DNA of 62,000 nucleotides, filler included, from Thelocarpon superellum (GCA_026025795.1; 2 parts of 2 records of this genome joined end to end with filler, not necessarily neighbours in it), one strand, 5' to 3'. Counted from the first letter of the whole stretch, positions 1 to 12,411 are shown. A program made the numbers and translations. Notes: generated from the sequence alone by a model not told the origin.

Positions 1-1014
1 GGACGAGTTTCCGGATGATTAGTCGTGAGCCTCAATTCAACCATCAGCAAAACCTCGCAGTGACTTTGGATCAAGAGATTTTCTATTTTCTCTTGCGCAC
101 TTGCGCATTTGTTAACGAATAGGGGTGCGGTGTCCTAGTTTTAATCCGAGTTGAATATTATAATGAGGGTTTAATTTTCGCCATTAAAATACTTCGACGG
201 AACTGCGCTGTCGCAACTTGGATTTATGAGACCGTTTTGGACCTTCGATCACACATCGCACTTTTATCTGTTTACGTAATGATGCTAGGCCATCTGCTTC
301 GACCTCTGAACTCTCGGTACTGGACGGTGCAACAGTCGATGTAGGTGTGCTGGACAAGCGGCCCGTGGTAGAAAGTGATCAGTAGCTAGACCACTCGGCC
401 GGGTACGGGATTCGTCTACAGAGAGACGCCTTCGCCGCAGCGCCAAGCTGCCTTACGAGGCTGCAGAGACGGGTAGCGAGATGCGCTTCGATTGAATACG
501 ACCATTCTACGACACAGCTGCCCGACTGGAATGTGGTCCTGGTTGGATAAGGACAGGTGCTGCTGTAACCGGACCGACCCTTCCCTCCGATACGTCATGG
601 TATCGTAAATCATTCATCAGGAGTAGCACGCCTCAGCTGGATATGGTGCGCCACCTCTAACTTCAAAGGTACAAGGTAACGAGATTCTTTTCCAGCGATT
701 TCGAACCACCTGCTTGTTGCGTTGGTCGGTACGAGTAGATGCGGGCTTATATCTCATCCTCGTAAGGGATCGTGAAGATGAGGGGTAGGACTGCACAAAT
801 CTAACCGAAACAAGGTCGAAGGATTCTCTTATGTAAGTCTCTCGCACCCACGTAGCACCTTCTCCCGACAAATTGGGCGGATTTTGCAATCTCGTGCCAG
901 ACAAAGTTGGGACCGTATGTGGAATCTCGTAAGATTTGAAATTGACTTGGCGACTATGCCAAGATATCGCCCGACCCCAGGCACTTCACACATGATCGTG
1001 ATGGAGAAGGCCCA

Positions 1015-1052
1015 CATGCTCCATGCTCCTTGCTCCTTGCTCCATGCTCCGT
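1015..1052. repeat. Heptamer tandem repeat (TGCTCCW)n
   Basis: catgctccatgctccttgctccttgctccatgctcc. Confidence 0.8.
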
Positions 1053-1540
1053 GCGCCAGACTCCTTGGCCTTTGCTCCATTACATCTCCGACTCCCCATC
1101 TCTCCAGCTCATCAGATTCTGCTATACCTTGCACAATCGTGTATAGGGTCGCTAACTGGGCCGCGATGATCTCCTTCTGCCTCCGGGAAGAGGGCAGACT
1201 GTCGACCTACTCCACTCGTCAGGGTCGCGGCATTTTCTGCTTGGAACGGGTCGACGCTTTCGATCTCGATCGTCGCTTGCTTGTGCCTTTGTGATAGATG
1301 CTCGCTCTCCTCAGTCCAGCCTGGGAGGCGATGATCTGGTGGAGGATGCGGACATGTGAGTCGTGCGAGACCATGGTCAGGGCCCATCCGCTCTTCGTCA
1401 AGGCGGGTATCTCATCGGGTATAAAGTCGGGGTCTTGTCTTCTTGCGTTTGAAACATCATCAGCATCATCTTCTCTCGCATCTCCTGCACCCAGCATCTA
1501 GTCGACCATCGATCTTTCGTTCGCAATCTCCTCCGCAGCC

Positions 1541-2291
1541 ATGAAGTCTGTCGCTTGTGCCGCCGCCTTGCTGGCGCTCCTCCCCGCCGTGATGGCGGAT
1601 GTCAAAGAACGCTTCGTCCTGACCGCCATCAACGTTGCGCCGATGGCCAAAGAGTTTGACGTCAACATGGCCAAGGACGTGGCTTACAACCACGTTGAAG
1701 CCAACGCCGGGTATTTCTGGATTGGACACGAGCAGAACCCCGGTTGCACCGTGGCGGAGCATTGCTACGGCGTCTACAAGGATACTCCTTTCGACTTCTA
1801 CGTCCCGGATGATGGCAAGCATCCTACCCTGACCCTGGTAAGTGGCACTCGCCCCTTGAAGTGGGCCCTCATCGCTCGCATGTTACCTCCGGCTCCAGGC
1901 AGATGGCTGACGCGACGGCGGACACTTCTAGGCCATCTGGGATGAGGGTGGCAGCGCCCAAGTCCCCCGGTACCAGCCCGTGGCGGTCAACCCGGCGGGT
2001 GCGCTGGTCTTTACCGGCCTGGTGGTCGGGGACTCCAACCGCTACGAGGTGTACAACAACCACGACGTCGACTCGCCGTTTGGCGTCACGGGGGGCAAGC
2101 TGCGCACGCTGACCTCGCCTCACGGGGCGGACTTCAAGGCCTGCCGCGAGACCGTGCCCAACGCCAACGGAAAGGTGGCCTACAAGATCTACGCCGACGT
2201 GAATGCCTACTCCGCCGGTCCCTGCGCCAAGATCCAGCTCAACACCACCACCCAGGCTTACACCGTCCCGGTCGCGGAGTATTACTACTAG
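1541..2291 (+). CDS. Secreted protein of about 218 aa, PhiA/IgE-binding-protein-like cell wall family; one intron 1838-1931
   Basis: Signal peptide MKSVACAAALLALLPAVMA. A GTAAGT...GCTGAC...CTAG intron joins ORF 1541 in frame to ORF 1980 (AIWDEGGSAQVPRYQPVAVNPAGALVFT...FKAC...YKIYA...C). TATAAA at 1420-1425. The family call rests on the recalled motif pattern only. Confidence 0.75.
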
Positions 2292-2891
2292 TAGTACTGG
2301 ATTAGACTGGACCGACCGGACACGATTAGGTGGACATTCCTGGGATGGTGTGGTCTCATGTGATAGCAGAGCCTGGAGGTTGGGGCTGGGGCTGCCCGGG
2401 GGGTATCGGATGTAGCTGGAAGTAGTGTCTGAGTCAGGGATGCTGTCACTGTCGTTGCAATTGAATAAGACGTTTGCATGACCATGCACAAGCCAATGCT
2501 TGCACCACCGGAATCTACGCCTTCACCTTTGTCGGCAGTGACGATGTCGCATGTCGCTGGCGAGGATCCGAGGTTATACGACCTGGTCCAAGTCCAACGA
2601 CGACCGCCAGAACGTTGTACCCTGTCGCACAAGTCGGGGAATCCTCATTCACTGAGGCTGAACTCCAACAAGACACCTTTGGATCGACGCATCTCGGCTT
2701 CCTTTCGGGAGGCTCAGCGTCTTCTCGCCATGAACTTGGGTCTTTGTTCGTTCGGTTCGACTCCCTCCGGCGGGTGCCACTATCTGAGAGTGACGATGAG
2801 CCCAAGGGCGTCAGCTCCAACCGACCAGGCTCCATGAGATTCGCATGACGGAATCCGCGCTAGGTTGTGGTACCAAGGGGCCATTGTGGAC

Positions 2892-3320
2892 TCACCATTT
2901 TCCACGCGAGCATTCCACCACGAAAACAATGATCCCCGCCAGAACGCACAGCATCACGACGATGAGGCAGAGCAGACGGAGACGGGCACTTGACCAGCAA
3001 CGCCGGCAGCGAGACCTCAGGGCATGGTCGTGCGCTTTTAGCGACCGTGGTGCTGGGGGCGGAGCTACTACCGCCTCCATGTCACCGGGCGGGCCAAGGC
3101 TCAGGCCGTTTTGGGCCAGAGAACCTTGTCCATGGGGTTGAGTGATATGCGTAATCGGAGGTGCCTTCTCGCATTCGATGGTCGGAGCGGCGTCGGCTCC
3201 CCGATCAGGGTATTCTGGGGATTGAAGAAACGTCTGAGCTAGCAGGCTTGGTGTGGGCGAAGGCGTGGGCGCGGCAGGCATCATGGCATCAGCAAAGCGC
3301 GCGCCTTTGGACGGACTCAT
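2892..3320 (-). CDS. Hypothetical single-pass membrane protein; 3' end uncertain
   Basis: 142-aa ATG ORF with a Pro-rich N-terminus, a basic patch and a TM segment (LLCLIVVMLCVLAGIIVFVVEC). A GTGAGT donor overlaps the stop, so a further exon is possible. Confidence 0.45.
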   Translation of the reverse strand: MSPSKGARFADAMMPAAPTPSPTPSLLAQTFLQSPEYPDRGADAAPTIECEKAPPITHITQPHGQGSLAQNGLSLGPPGDMEAVVAPPPAPRSLKAHDHALRSRCRRCWSSARLRLLCLIVVMLCVLAGIIVFVVECSRGKW

Positions 3321-3941
3321 GCTTGGTCGTGGCCACTGTCGAAATGATGGGGCTCCACGTGCACCAATATGCCGAACTATGGCAGGAACGTTGGTACAAG
3401 TACCTACGGCTCGTTGATGGAGAGTGCTTCATCTACACCCAGGGAGGTTTAAACGGGTGACCTTGCACGGCAGCCACATTTCATTCAATGTGGCTGGAGT
3501 TCGTCGGGGAGGCGGTGTCGTCTCGCGTAAGCTTGTCCGGCACATCCCGTCGACCCCTGTCAAGCCGTCATGCTCAGTATCTCCCGCATTACGCTCGTCA
3601 TCAAGCAAGCTCTTCTTCAACTCCGAAGCTGCCAGGATTCAAGCCCCAACCATCGTATTATCTACTAGATTTGCCCTTAACGGTCAAGCGCCACGTGCGA
3701 AAGGTCACTGAACGTCAGCCATGGACCGACCCAAGCTCTGCTAGGTCATCGACGTCATCATTTCTTACCTTTGTCGAGCGTCTAGGCATGCGTCTTTTTC
3801 CCTCTTCGTCAGCCGTCGCCATGCTGCTTGATATAGCCTGTGGATCTCCTGTTCCAAGCTCTTCTTCCGGCATGCCTACCGTCCAGTCGAAGTGGCTCTT
3901 GGACAAGCAACGACGCTGTGCTCCCCCCCGCAGATTCGACC

Positions 3942-4940
3942 ATGCTGGCATTCATTTCTCTCGTCTACTTTCCATTTTGGAGCCTGGCCAGTCCCAAATC
4001 GACGACCATGGCCTCTTCTGATTGGAAAATGGTCTGTTCTCCGGTCGGGCGGACATTGGCCGCGAGTGACCTGATGCAGCCTTGGCAGAGTCTTTCAAAT
4101 CTGTGTTGGAAGCACCGGCAGGTCCCAGGCAACCTTGGTTGCGAATGCACCGACAGCGGAACTCTCACCTGCCCAGATCTCGCACCCGAGTTGGACCACG
4201 ACGCGGGAGCGAGTATGAACGTGGACGAGCTCCGCCAAGCGATGTGCCTTCGCCTGTGTAAATGCGTCGACGCCTTCAACACGACCAACAGGCACTATCG
4301 AACGGTGCATCTCGTCATCTCTAACACTCAGAACCACGTCGTCTTTCAATCTAGCCCCAGTGATCCCTGGCTGGACATCTCGGAGCGAGAGCCGAGTGAT
4401 GGCGGATCAGACGCTGGGGGCTCCGATTCCGGCGTGGATGCCTCTGCGCTGAACTGTTCGTCCACCGCAACCAAGGGAGAGGAGATCTGTCAGTGGAATG
4501 AAGAAGCGGGATCGCCGCTGCAGACACCACCAGCGGTTCCCACCGAACCAGGCCCTCAGCGCCCATCCCGACGACCATGGAAGCCGTCAGCGGGATATAG
4601 CGACGGGTCCTGCAGGGAGAGGTGTGGGCGCGATTCATTAACGTGCTCGAATGAAGCATGCACCTGCCAAGCTGTGCGGCATTCGCCGTCGTCCGTCTTG
4701 TGGAAAGGGCGCTGCATGGACACATCAAGACCCAAGATTCGACAAAGAGGCAGTCCCGCCTTCGACCTTGAAACTCACAGCCAGCACAGCCCAACCTCGG
4801 CTTTGGTGGATGAGATGGACGACCCAATTGTCTGTCCTTGCAACGGTTCCTATGTGTCGTATGCTTGCTGCTCCACCTCGACCGGACTCGTTTGGGAAGC
4901 GGCAAATCGGAAGCTGGGCGAATTGATGTTGGAGTCGTGA
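3942..4940 (+). CDS. Secreted cysteine-rich protein, about 332 aa, unknown function
   Basis: ATG at 3942 gives signal peptide MLAFISLVYFPFWSLA. Intronless. Three Cys clusters, ending in CPCNGSYVSYACC...GLVWE...KLGEL. Confidence 0.75.
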   Translation: MLAFISLVYFPFWSLASPKSTTMASSDWKMVCSPVGRTLAASDLMQPWQSLSNLCWKHRQVPGNLGCECTDSGTLTCPDLAPELDHDAGASMNVDELRQAMCLRLCKCVDAFNTTNRHYRTVHLVISNTQNHVVFQSSPSDPWLDISEREPSDGGSDAGGSDSGVDASALNCSSTATKGEEICQWNEEAGSPLQTPPAVPTEPGPQRPSRRPWKPSAGYSDGSCRERCGRDSLTCSNEACTCQAVRHSPSSVLWKGRCMDTSRPKIRQRGSPAFDLETHSQHSPTSALVDEMDDPIVCPCNGSYVSYACCSTSTGLVWEAANRKLGELMLES

Positions 4941-5534
4941 CAGATATCTAGATATATATATTTATGAGAGTACATGAACGTGACGAGACGACAAAGCTAG
5001 CTCCCAGGCTTATACGAGATAAACTTTGAATTAAATAAACAAGAATAATTAAATATCTAATTATTTTATTCAGTCGCGTCTGAAACCTACGGGTGGCCAG
5101 CCCTTGGCCAGATCCGCGGGTAACGCGCGTCTATCGCCTGTATTGTACTGCGGATGCGATAGCGGGACGGCAATAGATTGAAAGCCGAAGCCGAAGCGAC
5201 CACCTACAGCCCCACAACAAGTCCTGCTAAATCAACCCTACCCATTCCAGTCGACTGAAGGACTGATGTCCACATCATCCATCGGCTTTTGAATGTCCGC
5301 CTCGCGTTTGAATTGAAGCCGTCCGAGCTTCGGCTTTTGTATTGATCCGTAGACTGTGGGTGTACACAGGTTACAGATCACAATGTATAAATTCGGGCGG
5401 ACTCTCCACCTGAGTCAATCCCACTCCAAGCTGTCTATCGAGTGTCCTCTTTCTATCCACTTTTTGCACTTCGACTTCCGCTTCCGCTGCTCAAGATTTT
5501 AAATGATTAGAGTATAGCGCTAGCTACAGCTACA

Positions 5535-6534
5535 ATGTCCCAAGAGATCAAGACCGTCCTGATCGCCGGCGTACGTCCTCTGCACCTCGGCTGCCCCTCT
5601 ATCCCCTGAGCGTCCCAGCGCTGGTCTGACCGAGTAACTGATCCGTTGTCAATGTACCGCACAGGCGGCGGGAAACCTGGGCTCCAAGATCCTCGACGGC
5701 CTGCTCGCAGCGGGCCGGTTCCAAGTCTCCGTGCTCAGCCGAGCCGACAGCACGTCCCGCTTCCCGTCACACCTAACCGTGCACCGGACGGACTACACGC
5801 CGCCGTCGCTCGCGAGCGCCATGCGTGGGCAGGACGCGGTCGTGAGCGTGCTCGGGCGCGGCGGCACCTTCGGCGGGCTCGAGTACCGGCTCATCGAGGC
5901 CGCGGTCGCGGCCGGCGTGACGCGGTTCATCCCGTCCGCCTTCTCCGGCGACAACGCCAACGCGCGAGCGCTCGAGCGCGCCCCCTTCCTGCGCGGTAAG
6001 AAGCAAGTCGTCGACCATCTGCGCCAGCGTGAGGCGGACATCAGTTGGACCGCGGTCAACTGCGGTGCTTTTTTGGACTGGGGGCTGGCAGCAGCGAACT
6101 TCGGGGTGGATGTTGCCGCGCGCAGCATGACCCTGTATGATCCAGGCCACGACCAGCCCTTCAGTGCCTCTACGCTGCGTACGGTCGGTGTCAGTGTGGC
6201 GAGGGCCCTCAGTCCCGAATACGCGGACGAGACGTGCAATCGCGAGGTGTACGTCAGCTCGTTTACGACGACGCAGGACCAGATCCTGGCGTGCTTGGAG
6301 CGCGTGTCGGGCGCGACGTGGCGGACGCACACGGAGCGTCTCGGCCCCCTCGTCGATGCCGCCATGGAGAAGTTCAGACGCGACGACTTCAGCCAAACCC
6401 TCCTGATGATCCAGGGCGCGATGTGGGATCCGGACGCCGGGATGAACTTCGAGGCTGACGGCAGGCTGATGAATGATGCGCTGGCTTTGCCCGCGGAAGA
6501 TCTGGACGAGGTCGTTCGGGGGGTTCTTCTCTGA
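5535..6534 (+). CDS. NmrA-like / isoflavone reductase-like NAD(P)-binding oxidoreductase, about 301 aa; intron 5571-5664
   Basis: Spliced N-terminus MSQEIKTVLIAG|AAGNLGSKIL gives a Rossmann GxxGxxG. Also GQDAVVS, AAVAAGVTRFIPSAF and WTAVNCGAFLDW motifs. TATAAA at 5386-5391. Confidence 0.9.
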
Positions 6535-7166
6535 TTATCCATTCACCCACGGGTCAAGATAGATACATATGTCTTGGAACCCTATTCCACCACTTTGACA
6601 ACGACAGAATCAATAGACATTGTGATGCAATAGCGTTCCAAGACCTATTCCTACCTCCATCGTAGCACTCGAGTTGGACGCCGGAGCTCTGCTAGCTGTC
6701 TACCCAGCTCGCGAGATACGGTCCGAAGGGTCACGTGATCTACGCGTGCTATCACATGACTAACCGTATCGTTGGAAGATGACATCATCAATGGCTGGTC
6801 ATTAGAGAAGCTCGGTGGGAAATGCTGTCTTAGGGGTTGACATATATTTAGTACGGGGAGACCAAGCACAGTTTCAATACTTAGCCTCAATGCCATCAAA
6901 GCTGTATTCCCACTGCGCAACACAGTGACCCCCGGCCTACCCCCACGGTATCCCAGCCGATCGATGACGACTATTGATTCCGCCTAGCTGTACGCTTCGT
7001 CGTCAAAGTAGGCTGATACAGTGGCTTTGAATATGGACACTCAGTGTTAGGCTGTGTTAGAGCGGTAGCGGCGAACAATATCAGAGCGATGGGATGGTGG
7101 TGGTAGAGATGCTACGCCAACGAATGCTATTTCTCTAAAAGGACTGACTACCTGCCCTAGTTCTAG

Positions 7167-8815
7167 CTAGCCCTTGACAGAGTACACCCGAATCGCCTTG
7201 ATGAGCGGCGCCATCATCTTCGGACAATCAAAGACCTGCGCATGGTCCAGATGTTCATGCCAGATGACCTCAAGCCCATATCCTGTCCACGACCTCCGTT
7301 TCCATTCTCCAGTCCCCTGGTTGACCGTCTGGGTGAAGGCTGTTCCGTCATCTCTCTTTGTTGTCTCGACCACCTGGGCATCTGCCCCAGATTCCTTCGA
7401 CGGAGAAGCTGTCAGGTACTGTCCCACAGCTTCGGCATCCACGATGAGATCCCTCCCACTCAACACAACTGTGACGTTCCTGCCCGCTCCTCCCTGTTCC
7501 CCTTCCACGCTCAACTCCTCCTTCCATATTATGTTCTCGCTCCAGAAAAACCTTCTCGCCAGAGCATGCGCGACCCCAATATCCTTGCTCCCGAAATACC
7601 ACAACAGATGCTCCTTTGCGCTCGATGGCTGACGGGCCGTGAAGTTGTATGCGACGTCAGGAAGGTGGAGAAGAAGAGAGACTGGGTCGATGAGGACGAC
7701 AGGACCGATGAGTGGGCCGGTAAGGGAGGATTTGAGCAAGTGCGTCGAGATGATGGAGCCGTATGAGTGGGAGACCAGGATGAACTTGTTCCAGCCATGG
7801 TGTTCGGCAATCAGCTGGATTTCTCGGACCATGACATCCTTCTCAAGCGCTGGGTGCGTTATGCGGGAGCTCACAGACATGAGCTCGAGGGCAATGATCC
7901 CAACCTCGACATCATCCCCTTCCAGCATTTTCGCCTCGTTCAACAGACGAAGAAAGTTGGCGTACGGATACAGTCCGATCCCAATGCCATGTATGAACAA
8001 CACAGGTAGCCGGACGTTGGACGTATGCGGGCGATGCCAGTAAGTGAGGTTTTGGACCGGCGATCTGTACGTGGAGAGTAGAGTAAGGGGTCGGAAGGGG
8101 AAGAGTGCGAAGAATCGCCCAAGGGAAGTGCGGTGGAAGTGGAAACCGATGGTGAGCATCGAACAATACAACACGACGTCGACCGTACTGACGCACTGCG
8201 GAGAGGTGCAGTCAGCATCTCGCGCTGTGAAGGACGAGGCGAATAACAGACAAGATACCATAAAAGGCTTCGATGCAAGCAATCGACCTCGCCCAGCGTC
8301 AGTCTTAAACTCTTCGCGCTTCCTCTGCCCGGTGATAGCTCCCGTCCCAGGAGCTTCTCTGTGGCCTTGACGTAGTCGTCAAGCTCCTCCTCATTCTCCG
8401 CCTTTGCCTGGTCAGTGTTGAAGAAAGCCCAGGTGATGAACTCCTTGAGATTCTCTCGCTTGATGTGTTGCCTCTTGGCGCCCAAGAACCACTGGCTGAG
8501 ATACTTCTCAGGGTCCGTCACGTTATTGTTGCAGCGCTCAAACAATCTTCCCCTCTCTTCTCGTGATAAGGACTCTGGATGGATGGCGGACTGCTGCAGG
8601 TAAGAATAATATGGCAGGTAGACGATGAAGAACACCGTCTCCGCCAGAAACCAGGCTTCGAGGAGGAAGGGGGCGTGGTAGGGGTGGATAATCCGAGGCA
8701 GGAAGGGGTAGGGTAACAGGAGGAGGCAGTAGAGAATGCTGATGAGGGCGACATGGTGGAGGAAGCAGATGGAAGTACGTATGAAGACGTACTCGGCGAC
8801 AGATGTCGCCGTCAT
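7167..8815 (-). CDS. Membrane-anchored alpha/beta hydrolase family protein, about 530 aa; intron 8196-8251
   Basis: Two N-terminal TM segments. LPVLFIHGIGIGL oxyanion motif, SHSYGS nucleophile elbow, LIDPV and C-terminal LDHAQ His. The GTCTGT...GCTGAC...GCAG intron joins ORFs 7940-8815 and 7167-8282 in frame. Confidence 0.88.
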
Positions 8816-9346
8816 GGTGGTGCTTTGTCTCTCTGCTCTTCAAGCAGGGTGAGTGTACTCACTTGGGGTGGGAATGATGAGCTTATGGGGATGTGACAGA
8901 TTGGGTGCCCGATTCCAGCCATACGAACGGACTGCATCTCACCGCCGTTGGCCAGGTGTTTGTGGCGTTCTCCCTCCAGCGCTCCGTGCGTCGCTTCGCA
9001 GTCCAGGGCTGGCGAACACGTGCGGCGAGAGAGCTGACCCTCTGGGAGGTGACCTGAAGAGATCCCAGAGGCAATTCTAAAGCATGAGACACCGTCATCG
9101 GTTCGGCTCGATCTCAGTACGTGGAGCAATATCTCCGTATGTCACCAGTACGTCTCCGGCCGAGAAGATTTCGAGTGGTTCGGCCAGCTGCGATGCACCG
9201 CCGCCGAGATCGAGCCAAACCGACGACGATGACTTTCATCCGGACACGCCAAGTCGACCCCACACCCGCTCGATCGGGATGGGCAATCGGCGACTCGTGC
9301 ATAATTTTACATTCCATACATAGGATATTGCTACATGTTCTTGTTG

Positions 9347-11731
9347 TCACAGGAGCATCGCGTCCCCCTCAAGGCGGAAATCATCGACAAAAGCCATCCA
9401 ATCGGTCCAAGCCAGAGAACCCATCTCCTCGTTGCTCTCGCTCAAGAATTGATCAGACATCCCGCCTCCCAGCGTACCATCTCGATCCCACTCGAACGGC
9501 GGTGGTGCGGGATCGACCGCAGGATCTGGACCGAGAGGTAGAAGTACAGGTAGAGACGCCAGACGTGGCAGCGGAGCTGGAGCATCCTGGTCGACGCGCA
9601 TCTGCTCTGGAAGGGTGACCGGGCCAGGGGAGGTGGAGGCAGCGGTGGTAGTCGTAGCAACGGGGATAGTACCTGCGGGGCCCGGACGCCGAAGCTGAGC
9701 CTGCCGCATCAACTTCTTGATCGGGCGCCACAATAAGCCACCGCTTGAATCAGCCACGCGGTCAGCGCTACGGTCAAAGATCTCGTCCACCGCTTTCCAC
9801 GCCCTCTGTACGATCGGGCCGTGACTCTGCACGCACAGCTCGGCCAGCGTGACGGCCAACGCGTGCCACTGGACATAGGTGCGCGTCAGCCACTGCTGTG
9901 ATGGAATCTGCTCCAGCTCCAGAGCCAGCTCCAGCACCCGCACGCTCTGCGCCAGGATGTTGTTGCTGGGTCCTTCGAGCTGCAGTTGCAGCCGGCTCAC
10001 TTCTCCGCTGCCGCCTCGCTGCAGTGGTCGACGCACCACTAGCCACATGATCCCGATGCAGATGTCCATCGCTTTGCGGATGGCGGGCAGCGAGGGGTCG
10101 TCCTGGTCGCATGATTGGAGATACCGCGCCTCGACGCGCTGTCGTGACGCACTGATCAACGCAATCTTTTCTCGAAGATCACGCTGCGCCGCCTCGGAAG
10201 ATCGTTCGGCCGTGCTCGGCCGGACATACATCAGTTGCCGGATGACGGCCAACAAGTAGAACGTCACGAGACAGAAAGTCATCCCAGTCAGACCCTCCCG
10301 CTCATGGAGAGGAGATTCCCCATGAAAGGACAAGTCCTCATCGTTGACGTTGAGGGGTAGCTGAGTGTCAAAGCTACCTGGAAGGATAACCGGGTCGGAC
10401 GCGCGATCGTGTGACGCTTGCACATCCAGAACAGAGATCTGCCACCACAAGCGACGACGCATCTCCCGCTCGAACGGTCTCAGCATGGTGAGGGAATCGT
10501 CGCGGTGCAGGCTAAGCGCATGAGCGATCCGCACCGCGAGTCCGATCATGGTCCACGTAAAGCGGCTGCTCTCGTGGCAGCGCACACAGAGCTGTCGTGA
10601 CAGTTGGTAAAGCCATCGAAGGATCTCTTCTGGCCGGAGGAACAGCAGAGGCACGCTCGAGGACCTACCAGGAAAATGGTAAACGCTTGAAGGGTCACCA
10701 GATCTGTCGTGTTAACCAAATCAGCGTCGGCCAGGGCTTGCTGCACCCCCAAGTTGTATCCACCCAACAGGTTTTGCTTCGAGTCTCCTATCTGCTGTCG
10801 GCACTCATCGTCGCTCAAGCTGGTGACGGCGGCGTAATACACGGCAAATGCCAAAGCCTGCACTCCTTTGTCTCCAGGGGCATAGTCGAGGTACTGCTTT
10901 GCTTCCCTCATGTGCCTCGACAGGGACGGCCCATGTACGATTTTCAGCACCGGGTCGATCCGTTGGAGGTATATGGTGCATAATGCGTATATCTGTGCGC
11001 GTGATGGATCCCTTACGATCTCAGATCCCTCTGACAGTGCGTCAAAACCGCCGAGAACGAAGTTGGAGCGGCGGTTTTGCAAGGGCAACGAAGGCATCAT
11101 CTGATTGAAGGGCTCGGGCGAGTCCTCCTCGTCCTCGGAAATTTCGCCGAAGATGTCTCGTAGGCCAGCAATCTAGACTGTCAGCTACGCTTGCCATCGT
11201 CCCAGGCAATGTAGAGTCCGTAGGCGTTCACTCACCCCGTCACTGAGCGAGACCCAAAAAGAGCTTCCAAGATAGCGACGCATGTTATCGCCTGCAGCGT
11301 CTCCCGATGAGCTACCAATCGATTCTTCAGGAGACCTCAGGGTGCCACGCTGCTGCTCCACCTCCAATGAATCACGAGGTCTGGTGATCCAGGTCTAAAC
11401 CGCCGAGATCGGTTCAGCTGCATCGAACTGCCCGGGAATGCTCGACTCCTACCTGCGTCTCTTCTTTAGTGGGGACACCAGTGGCGATCTTGTCTCCGAC
11501 ACTCTTTAGCATATCCTCCAGTCGGGTGACCTGCTGCTGGAGCTGGGCAATTTCCTTTGTCCGCCCTCCACGCCTTCCTCGTGGAAGTCCCGAGGGCGCC
11601 AGTGGGACGCATTCCAGGCCGGTGCGGGTACAGCTCGAGCAGGGGAGCTCCTTGTCACATTTGATCTTGCGTCGTCGGCATGACAAGCAGCTCGCCCGTT
11701 TCGTTGTCGGACGGGCAGCTGATTGCTCCAT
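9347..11731 (-). CDS. Zn2Cys6 fungal transcription factor with Fungal_trans domain, about 728 aa; introns 11395-11452, 11173-11235, 10592-10668
   Basis: SCLSCRRRKIKCDKELPCSSCTRTGLEC binuclear cluster. Middle homology region GLAVRIAHALSLHRD...EREMRRRLWWQI...D. All three introns are canonical and phase-consistent. Confidence 0.93.
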
Positions 11732-12013
11732 GAGCGCGGGCTGACTCGGTACAGCTTTGGTCTTCAAGATGACGACATTGGGAACATATTGATGCGTGGC
11801 TGTGACGCAGACGACGACATCAACTGCGACGCTGCATCCTCTGCGGACGACCGTGGACAAACTGATGGTCGACGAGCCCTGATTGGCTGTGGAGAGCTCG
11901 ATAGCATGGAGCTTTCCACTTCTGCATCAGCCGAACTAACAGCGAAACATCGCCAACAGTGGCGAGGGGGTATGGTGAAGGAACGCTCGCCATGGCGAAG
12001 ATGAAATCGACGT

Positions 12014-12039
12014 CGCTCGGCGCTCGGCGCTCGGCGCTC
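12014..12039. repeat. (CGCTCGG) x3.7 tandem repeat
   Basis: cgctcggcgctcggcgctcggcgctc. Confidence 0.9.
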
Positions 12040-12374
12040 AGATGACAAAAGCTGCTCCTCCGGCGCAACTCCTCGTAACTACCTATGATTGGCAGAAGCG
12101 GCAGGCTTACCGGCCAACCTGTTGTCAGCAGCCGCTGCCATCCACAACCAGCCCAGCCAAAGTCTTCCTGGGTCGATACTTTGTAGACGTCCAGGAATGT
12201 AGGAACCAGGGTGTCTTGTGGTGTACGAAATACTTGGCATAGGAGCCGGAATCTTTCCTCCCTTCGTCTCTATTTACTTCTATCGGGGTCTTCCAGTCGC
12301 TCTCGTGAGGGCACCTGTGTCTTCTGCACTGTCCGTCGATATGCAAGCATGCGCGATGCATGCGACCGATTCAC

Positions 12375-12411
12375 CACTCAGCATGACAGGCACCACACTC
12401 AGCATGACAGG
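12375..12411. repeat. 16-bp direct repeat CACTCAGCATGACAGG x2
   Basis: Copies at 12375-12390 and 12396-12411. Confidence 0.85.

Noticed and set aside
1..1500. Possible decayed gene or transposon fragments at the window start
   Set aside because: Frames are short and stop-ridden, and I could not recognise any family.
5773..6542. Two long antisense ORFs over the NmrA-like gene, and similar ones over veA, SPT23/MGA2 and SQS1
   Set aside because: These are shadow ORFs expected from high GC3 codon bias and carry no recognisable motifs.
7040..7169. TAG-CTAG stop context of the hydrolase as possible readthrough to a cryptic peroxisomal signal
   Set aside because: The extension ends in SNTA with no PTS1, and the established motif is TGA-CTA.
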